A stretch of 20,000 nucleotides of DNA, taken from the NCBI GenBank assembly GCA_027604505.1, contig JADIIX010000022.1:184104-204103 (forward strand), in the 5' to 3' direction. Below are positions 12,201-20,000 of the stretch, piece by piece. A model generated the notes under the pieces. It did not search any database, had not been told where the DNA came from, and saw only the letters and a list, made by a program, of their open reading frames with translations. Positions within the stretch are counted from its first letter, which is position 1. The number at the start of each line of letters is the position of its first letter. The DNA is from Gonapodya sp. JEL0774 (lineage: Eukaryota). The position numbers and the translations under genes are program-made.

Positions 12201-12443
12201 ATGAGAAAGTATGTCAAGATATGACCGATTCGGAGCGATGAAACTCGATGCTTGAACTCACTCTATCTCTCTCTTCCAAGTACTTTCGCTTGAGGGCAAC
12301 GGGGTCCTACAGAAGCGAAATCACCGGTGAGAATGATATGAAATTATAATAATGGGAGGCTCTGCGAGCGACCGTGGCATCAGCAGCCCCTTGCTCAGTG
12401 AAACTGTACTCACAAAGTTGAAGTCAAGCTGGTCGGTTGGCAT
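9202..12443 (-). CDS. Type I Baeyer-Villiger monooxygenase (FAD/NADPH; cyclododecanone/cyclopentadecanone/PntE-like), 611 aa, 21 exons: 12443-12414, 12306-12262, 12193-12182, 12102-12043, 11979-11810, 11745-11691, 11613-11556, 11469-11236, 11160-11134, 11069-11017, 10952-10943, 10881-10849, 10782-10722, 10655-10591, 10527-10439, 10377-10230, 10158-10127, 10061-9878, 9820-9677, 9595-9431, 9362-9202
   Basis: Spliced product has [42 protein letters not shown], the BVMO fingerprint FKGHSFHTSRWD, IGTGATSVQ, FQRTPS, CKRPC, ATGF and CTPGYYN. Exon lengths sum to 1836 nt, in frame. Confidence 0.93.
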
Positions 12444-12577
12444 GGTTGGCTTAGATTTGGAGTTTTTCGCGGTTTTCGGAAACGAGATCGGAGCTGCGAG
12501 AACCGACATCCTGAACCCCAACTAGGCAGGGCAAGGAAGGCCACAGACACAAATATGTACAACAATGCACATAGATG

Positions 12578-15500
12578 CTACAAATCCGTCTCTTCATCCA
12601 TCGTGATGTCGTCGGTGCGTTCAGCTAGCATCTTCTCGTACGCGGCGCGCATTTGCTTTTCTCCCATTCCCACTGCCGCCACTGCATCGGAGGCAAACGG
12701 CAAAAATCCTAACGCAATCTCTGCCCATGTACATGCACTACCAGAATCGCCTCCACTTTTAAATTTGCAAATGACATACCAGTATGAGACAGGTCGAGTC
12801 ACGCATAGACATTGTGCAAGGAAGGAGCGGAGGATCTTCTACGTACCTCCATGCTTCTACGCTCACATTCCAGGCAGTTGCAACAAGCCAATTTAACTCT
12901 GCTGGAGGATACTTCAGAGAGGGTAACATACCGCGGACTTCCAATACACCCGATCAAAAATTCTCAGCATGTAAGTACTAAAGAGAGCAGCAAAATCAGC
13001 TGGAAGTACCTTGAAGGTAGAATCCTTGAGCTTGGTCCTTGTTCGACACGAGCGCCGTCTCGAGGAGCACTCTAAACCACGTGGCAAACTTGGCGACATC
13101 AATATCGCCGCTCGCAATCATGCCCTCTAACGCCATCTTCACTGCGGTCGTCTGGATCCCGCTCGGGCATTGAGAACGCACAGTCAAGCGCGCCATACAT
13201 TCTAGAGTCCCGAGCGTGACGTCCTCCACGGCACAGCTGTCGAGGAACTGGACAGCCTTATCCCACTCTCGCACCAAGAGCAAGGTCTCCAATTCGAGTG
13301 GTGCAAGCACATTGAACCCGCGAGGAACGGCCGTTTGGAACTCTTTACAACGCTCGATATCGGCAAGGTTCCTGGTCATGTGTTCGTCTCGGGTTGCGGC
13401 GTCGGTGGACCCTTCCTCCACGATCATGCTACGAACGATCTCGAGACGGGATTCTAGTGATGTAACTAAAAGAGCAAATCGCTGAGACACTGTATCGGGA
13501 TGAGGTGGAGTCGCTGGCTCATCCACCATTGAAAGCTGGTGCAGACGGGTGATTCACACTGATCACATCTATAATTAACTGCGACTCCATCTCACCTCAT
13601 AGGCAATTTGTGCTAGCTTCAAGCTCAATGCTGGATCGCATTGGTTCTCAATCGCTTCAAGGACCACGTTCCATGCCTGAAGGACCAAACTCCAGATGAG
13701 TATACTGTATCCACAAATGGTGGGCTACACACCGTCCTGCGAAACCAAGAGACGTCAACTGCGGGAGGCGGACCAACACCTGGAAGCGACACACTTGACT
13801 TCAACAGTACAAGCGCTCGTTCCAGGGTGAAAGAATGTTGTCTATGCGAACATTGAACGTGTGAAACATAACGTATGATTTCAGCACTCCTTCGTATATG
13901 CCTCACTTAAGCAATTCCCCGATTCCGCAACCGGTAACCTTCCCTTCCTTGTCTGTGACGACTTGCCTGGCCAGCCTCGTCATACATCGGTAGAGTGCAA
14001 GAGTAGCGTCTCTGGTGATCCCCGTAGGTGTTCCACCCTCCGCTACTTCACAAGATTCAACCAAGGTCTGGAGAATAGCCGCGAGAAGGCGCTTGTCGTG
14101 GCGGGAGTAGGAGATGTTCTTGACTCGAAACGAATATCGCACGAACGTCATCATCGATCGGAGTCACCACAGCTGGTTGACTCACTGCCATGGCTATCAG
14201 TAGCTCAGTTTTTGTTGTCGGATCCGGAAATGTTGACGTGGCTGCCTTCTTCACTGTGTGAAGTGCTTTCCAGGGGTCGAGGGTGGGCACATTCGTTACA
14301 ACCCATCGACTACCGAAGAAAGACCGATCGACAGGTCTCCTACCATCTTCCGTCATTTTCATATCCAGGTTAAGCTCCAGCATGACGAGGAAGTTCGTCG
14401 CCGAGTTGGGCTCGAGTTCTTGAGCACGGGCCACGGCCACTCGCGCCAAGGAGAACCTCTTGGTCTTTTGGTAGGCGAGTGCAAGCTTTCTAGAGACATG
14501 CGTTATGATAAGAATGGAATGTTTCTCAGAACATTCGTGTACTCTAAAATAATGTGGGCGACCAGACCCACCGATTGAGCGTCGCTGCCGTCTTCTTCTC
14601 CGCCGGAGTCCCGCTCTGGCCATTCCCAGCCAATGTCTGGGCGAGCTCGTACCAAGCAAATGCTTCTGCGAATTGGGATTGATTGAGGCTCTTATCTCCT
14701 GCGGTGCAGAGCACCATCTTCAATGGGAAAAGTCATCAGATACTGCATTTCAATGAGAAAAGAGACCGCCCGAGGCAGGCTCTAGCCCACCATGCACGCA
14801 GATCGTCCCAATGATGTGAGAGTCACACCTACATTTAACGATGGTCATATCCCGTCAGGCATGTCACATCGTTTGAGTTAGATGGCGCCAACCGACGCTC
14901 ACTCACCTCTTAATAACCCCCCCACCGTCTCCGCAAGCTCCTCCCCCAACCCCGCCCCACTGCACATCTGAATCTTTGCGCACACGATCTTGTCCACCAA
15001 CTCAGACCCGGCGGGCCCCGCAGCTTTTGTGGCGCGCGTCACTGCGCGATCGAGCAAAGACAACGCACTCAACGTGGGGAGCAACTTTGCCGTGGCGTGA
15101 ATTAGGGAGAGGAGACTTGAAGGGGAATGCGGTGAGGGGTTCCGGTGTTACGTGAACAGATGTTGTTCCCCCGAGTGAACGAAGAACAACAAAAACCAAA
15201 AAAAAAATGGCCAAAGATATCACACTCACTTATTGCCATCCTCGTTAGACGCTAATTGACATCGGTCCATAGCATCCCGGGCGACCTGCTCTGCACGGAG
15301 GCGAGCATCGTCGGTAGGACCGCCAGACCCCGCTTGACCGCTGATCCTGTTGAGGATCTTCAGCTTGAGTATGAAAATGGGGAAAATGGGTTCGAGCTGT
15401 GATTTGTGTGTTTGGAGTGGGAATGAGATGAGGACCCGTCCATCGACCGTCCACACAGAGTGGCGTTCACTTTATGGCAAACAAACGCACCTCGATCGCT

Positions 15501-17716
15501 TGATCCGCGCATTCATCGGCCATTTTCAAACTCTCGTCCTCCATCGAATAAAATAAAGCGCTCGCTAGACTCCGCAACACAGCGGCCTGTAGCAGATCGA
15601 CCGAATTCCAAGGATGGGACGGGGAAAACCACGCAAGGGGTGTCGAATGCTTGATCAAACACACCGGGAACAGATAAAGCAAGAACAAAAGAGCTTCACC
15701 CTGAACCGTTTCTTCCGTTTGCTTTCCTTGCCGGAATCTTCCGTCAAGCACAGTGCGTCGTGGGCGAGACGAAACCACTAGTAAACATGGGGGACGGAGG
15801 GTGGAGGAGAGTAGGGGGGTGGGGTAACACACCGCATCAAATGCTCTGACCAGTTTGTCAACTCCGCCAGCAGGGCGTACGCACCTGAGCGGCCTCGGTA
15901 TATGCAGATGCGCGTACCCGCTCACTGCCGATCGTGTGGCAGAGATGTGCCATGGGTTCGGTCTAAGGGGTGAGTGGGGGGATGCGGGCGGGAGATGAAC
16001 GGTGAGAAAGAGTGTGAGACAGTATGTTAGCTATGAGTGAAGGGGGTCAAAATATCCCTCCCACCCGCCCCCAGGAAGCCCCGGCCTATGGTAGGTTCTG
16101 TGACCCCACCCGCCAAACCGCCTCACTCACCTCCCTCTCCTTCAAAGACCCCACCATACTCCCCTCCATGGCCTGTCCCACACATCTCCTCGCAGCCTCC
16201 CCGCTCCCCCTCTTGTGGGCTAACTCCGCCTTCGTTGTCAAAAACACCACCCGTGCGCGTGCCGCCGTGGCGGGATCCACGGGGGGCCTCGACGACGCCA
16301 CCGTGCCATTACCGTCGACCAGCGACGCCTGTTCGTCAGCGGCGGTGGAGGTGTATTGCCTGAGGTACTGGGTGGTGGTTTCGGAAGAGGCGGTGGCGGC
16401 GTCGAGGTCGGGGACGTCGAGGTGGGATCGGGTGACTTTGGAAGAGAGATGGAAGAGCTTGAAGAAGTCTGGGTTGCGAGGGGGGGGGGGGGGGGGGTTG
16501 GGTGGGGGGTGGTGAGTCGGCATGTGAAGGGAAAGTGGGGTGACCGGGCAAGAGGGTTAGAAAAGTGCGGCAGGTGGACACGGCACAGGACAATACAAAG
16601 CACGATGAACAATACATCCACAGGGGGATGTGGGGTGTGACCAACCACGCACTTTTTGAGCCGACGTGGGCGGTCGATACGCGGATGAAAGTGAACCCGA
16701 GGGCACGGACTGGGAGGTGCGATCGGGGGGAAAGGTGGGAGGTGGGAGGTGGGAGGTGGGCGAGAGCCCAAATCCAAGATGGGCGCCGGGTGAGTGTGCG
16801 AACCGGTGGAGGGTACGCGGGAAGATCAAACGCAAAGACCGAGCCGAGACGACCGTGAGCCACTCGATCCGATCGAGGCGAAAGCACACCACACCAAGTT
16901 GCGAGCCCACCTCGCGCTACGACCTTCCTCTCTTCCTCGGTTCCCCACAGGTCGCGGTGTGCGCCATCGTCGTCGTCCTTGGAGCTGTACACGTTCTTAA
17001 GGTTGCTCGCCAGGTTGAAGAGTTCCACCTGGACCGGGGTGATCAAAAGACGCACGGGAATAAGGTGGTGCGGATCCCACGAGCGAGCAAAAACGCACGA
17101 GGGTGGAGTCCAAACCGCGCCGAGATGTCCCCCTCGGTGCGGGGCCGTCTACCGTTCCCACCCTCCCAGACCCGCACCTTCGCCCCCCCCCCCCCCGACT
17201 CACCCCGTTCTCATCCAGCCACTCCCACACGGCCTTGACCTCTTCCGCCTCCTTGCGTGGCAACCCCCCTCGTTCCGCCATCTTGAGCCTTGGCTCCATG
17301 GATCTCACGACCGACTCCACGTCGCTGGCCAGGACGTGGAGGGGGCCGGGAGGGGGGAAGGGTGTCGCGGGGGTGGGATGGGCGGACCGGAGGAGGGAGG
17401 TGGTCGATGCTTGGGGTTCGGGGACGGTGGGGAAAGGGGGGTGAGATGGTGGTGGGTGGTGGGTCAATCGCGATCGCACCAGGTTCTCGGCCCTACCTCT
17501 ACACTCGTCCCACATCACGCTCAGCTGCGACCTTCCCCCCGACCCCGTCCCCGACCCCGTCCCCGCCGCGCCTCCAGACCCCCCACCGCCCGTGACCCCG
17601 TCTGGTTTCCCAGGTCCGTGCCCATACCGAGCCCTATTCCTCTGCTTCACCGTCGTTTTCAAAAGCGCGGATCGTAGTTCGTCGTCGACCTGGGCCGTGG
17701 GGGACAGATCGGACAT
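12578..17716 (-). CDS. SPO22: Meiotic TPR protein SPO22/ZIP4/TEX11, ~1086 aa, 19 exons: 17716-17204, 17028-16911, 16709-16653, 16468-16131, 15962-15885, 15777-15700, 15586-15491, 15396-15230, 15115-14907, 14828-14791, 14717-14572, 14489-14344, 14265-14186, 14118-13907, 13841-13733, 13676-13596, 13535-13010, 12937-12847, 12755-12578
   Basis: Motifs WLDENG/VELFNLA, AEAFAWYELA..LNRKLALAY, SWFRRT/AWNV, FATWFRVLL and YPPAELNWLVATAWN..W.EIALGFL..KQM match the ZIP4/TEX11 family. Exons sum to 3261 nt without a frameshift. Confidence 0.85.
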
Positions 17717-18402
17717 GGCGGGGATCTTTTTTTTTTATCGTAAAGAGGTGTGGGAAATTTGGGTGACCCCAACCCGCCAATCCCCGGTGGTCTTTGGTCT
17801 TTGATCGAATGCAAAAAACCAACGGACTCTTTGGTGTGGGACTTAAATCATTTACGGGTATTATATCAGACGACTCGACCTTATCTCTGTTTCACCCGTC
17901 TCGGTAGACACCTCGAATGTGTACCCCCGTAAACTCTTTGTCTGCTCCTGTTTTCTTTCCTTTGTCCCCCCCACAGCTTTGTTCCCTCGTGTCTCGCAAA
18001 CTTGTCTTGTTCCCCATCCCGGTCTGAGTCGTTTTTTCTGCACCCCACCGCCACCCCGTGTATAATAGTGTATACACACCCACATATACACCCTTCTCCG
18101 TCTCACGCTTGGGCCGGGGGTGGGGGGGTGGGGGGGGGGTTGTTTTTCGAAAACCCTCTAGAGGTGCCGTCAGTCTGCACGTCGGTGCGTCTGTATTCAG
18201 TGTTGGGTGTTCAGTGTTGAGGAATCGGTATCCAGTCATCCCTAGTCCGTCGTCCGTTCGTCTGTTGTCTCCACAGACCTTTTCACCCGCCATGGCCAAC
18301 CGACCTGACCAACATGATCACGATCAACAGTATGTATCATATCTCATATGTGGGAACCGAGGAACACCACGCTCCTCCCCACCTACCCTGCCTACCCGCC
18401 TG

Positions 18403-18438
18403 TGACCACTAACCATTGACCACTAACCATTGACCACT
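18403..18438. repeat. 14-bp tandem repeat TGACCACTAACCAT x2.6 (heptamer T[G/A]ACCA[C/T] x5)
   Basis: Directly visible. Confidence 0.85.
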
Positions 18439-18580
18439 GAGCCCCCAACCAGGCGTGCGTGCGTGCGTGGGCATGCAACGGCGCAAGATGGATGTTCTTT
18501 TTCGTTTCCCACGAGTGGAAGAAGACGTGGAAAAACGAGACTGCACACACGCACGCACGGCGCAACGAGATGTGCCCCAC

Positions 18581-18624
18581 TTTATTTCTTCTCTTTTCGT
18601 TTTTTGTTTGCGGATAGATTTATT
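18581..18624 (-). terminator. Two AATAAA hexamers, candidate poly(A) signals of RPS24
   Basis: TTTATT on + at 18581-18586 and 18619-18624, ~270-310 nt downstream of the RPS24 stop. Confidence 0.35.
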
Positions 18625-18888
18625 TGCACGGGGGGGTGCCTCCCTCCCCCCCTTCACCACCACAACTACAACCGACCAAACTCAAGGGTCCATAAACCCA
18701 ACAAACAACAAAAACAAAAAACACGGGGGGTTCTTTTTTTTGTGGTGAAAAGAACGACCGCACCGTGCGCGGGGGGGCGGGTCCGCGGGTCGACTTGGTT
18801 TCGTGCAACCCAACACACCCCACCCCACCCCACCCCTTCCCACCCCACACCGCACTTCCCATTCCCACCACTGTCCACTCCCGCCACT

Positions 18889-19406
18889 CTACTTCTTCTT
18901 CCCCTTCTCCTTCGCACTCGCCGCCGCCTTCGCCTTCTTGGCGCCGCGGAACTTCTTGGCACGGTTCTTGCGCTCCTTTTTTTGCTTGCGGGAGCCTTTT
19001 TCGATCTTGATGAGACCGAGCTGGGGGGGGGGGGGGGGGGGGGGGTTGGGNNNNNNNNNNGCGGCGCGGGCGGGCGCGGGCGGGGGGGGCCCCCCGGCCC
19101 GCCGTGGCCCGCCGGGGGGGGGCCCCGCGAGTCAGCCGTAGCGACACAACAGTGAGGTGTACAAGACGAGCATAGCAAGGCGAGGGATAGTGTAGTATGT
19201 AAGGGGGGCGTGTGAGCAACGCCACAACCACAATGACCCCGCCGTCCCCACGGTGCCCCCCCCTTAACTGAAAAAAAAAGACCCACCCTCTGCAACCTAT
19301 ACTTTGGCTCAAACTTTTTCAAATCGTCCAGCGTGTCGTAGATGAGACCGAACCCCGTGGATTTGCCCCCGCCAAACGCGGTGCGGAAGTGGAAGACGAC
19401 AATGTT
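18889..19406 (-). CDS. RPS24: 40S ribosomal protein eS24, last two exons (19406-19287, 19020-18889); 5' exons lie beyond the window
   Basis: [40 protein letters not shown] / [31 protein letters not shown]...KKK*, joined by a phase-0 intron GTGGGT..CAG. Confidence 0.95.
19051..19060. other. Assembly gap (N10) in the last RPS24 intron, flanked by G-homopolymer and very GC-rich sequence
   Basis: nnnnnnnnnn in the sequence. Confidence 0.98.
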
Positions 19407-19565
19407 CTGGGGCCGAGCGGAGCGAGCACACAAGGGGGGGGCGTGCGGGTGGTGGGTGGGTGGTAGGGTTAATCAAGAGCACGGACCGGTGCGGGGTGGT
19501 GGCACAATGAGTGGGGAGAGGTGGGGGGATCAGGGACATGGAAGGAAGGAAGTCACGTCACTTGT

Positions 19566-20000
19566 CTCTCTCGCCTCTCTCTCCCCCGCTCCCTCTGGAA
19601 ACCACTCTCGTGCGGGCGGGTCACACTCATTGGTTTGTACTCGTTCTGGATCGTCTCGCCTCTCTCTACCCCGCTCCCTCTGGAAACCACTCTCGTGCGG
19701 GCGGGTCACACTCATTGGTTTGTACTCGTTCTGGATCGTCTCGCCTCTCTCTACCCCGCTCCCTCTGGAAACCACTCTCGTGCGGGCGGGTCACACTCAT
19801 TGGTTTGTACTCGTTCTGGATCGTCTCGCCTCTCTCTACCCCGCTCCCTCTGGAAACCACTCTCGTGCGGGCGGGTCACACTCATTGGTTTGTACTCGTT
19901 CTGGATCGTCTCGCCTCTCTCTACCCCGCTCCCTCTGGAAACCACTCTCGTGCGGGCGGGTCACACTCATTGGTTTGTACTCGTTCTGGATCGTCTCGCC
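19566..20000. repeat. 85-bp tandem repeat, >=5.1 copies, truncated by the window end, in the inferred upstream intron of RPS24
   Basis: Units start at 19566, 19651, 19736, 19821, 19906 and 19991. Four full units are identical; the first differs in its first 3 nt and at 19583. Confidence 0.97.

Noticed and set aside
17851..17933. C/D box snoRNA on the minus strand (terminal stem plus CTGA)
   Set aside because: No RTGATGA C box near the 5' stem.
18736..18743. Ndt80/MSE-like CACAAAA upstream of SPO22
   Set aside because: About 1 kb from the ATG, inside the probable RPS24 3' UTR and part of an A-run; expected by chance.
19061..19130. Extremely GC-rich palindromic-looking stretch next to the gap
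   Set aside because: Adjacent to the N-gap and poly-G, so likely low-quality base calls.
5438..19406. Functional gene cluster (for example a biosynthetic cluster around the BVMO)
   Set aside because: Neighbours are ciliary, meiotic and ribosomal genes; no synthase, transporter or regulator is present in the window.
16024..19433. Numerous long Pro/Gly/Arg-rich ORFs on both strands
   Set aside because: Products of G/C homopolymer-rich introns and intergenic DNA. The real coding parts are explained by SPO22 and RPS24 exons.
19597..19636. Hammerhead, K-turn or SECIS-like core in the repeat unit (CCAATGAG-stem-CGAGA on the minus strand)
   Set aside because: Deviates from CUGANGA/GAAA at essential positions and lacks stems I/III. 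The helix is too short for a SECIS, and the bulge geometry does not fit a K-turn.
19566..20000. CRISPR array or coding repeat (ORFs 19530-19945)
   Set aside because: Units are contiguous and identical with no unique spacers and no cas genes. The 85-nt period is not a multiple of 3, so the ORFs cycle through frames and hit stops.

Overview
Eukaryotic, intron-rich, gene-dense DNA, most consistent with an early-diverging flagellated fungus (inference from an inversin-like ciliary gene, short GT-AG introns and fungal-type genes). By manual splicing I find: (1) a minus-strand coiled-coil protein gene running off the left edge (<1-3533); (2) a weakly supported plus-strand hypothetical gene (~4084-5417); (3) an ankyrin-repeat + IQ protein collinear with inversin/NPHP2 (~5438-8943, +); (4) a type I Baeyer-Villiger monooxygenase in 21 exons, including 10- and 12-nt micro-exons, ending in PTS1 -ARL (12443-9202, -); (5) an intact meiotic SPO22/ZIP4/TEX11 TPR gene (17716-12578, -); (6) the last two exons of ribosomal protein eS24 (19406-18889, -), whose upstream intron holds a near-perfect 85-bp tandem repeat running off the right edge. 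No prokaryotic operon, CRISPR array, rRNA/tRNA or recognisable transposon was seen. All exon models are hand-derived and untested against transcripts; family calls rest on remembered motifs, not database searches.
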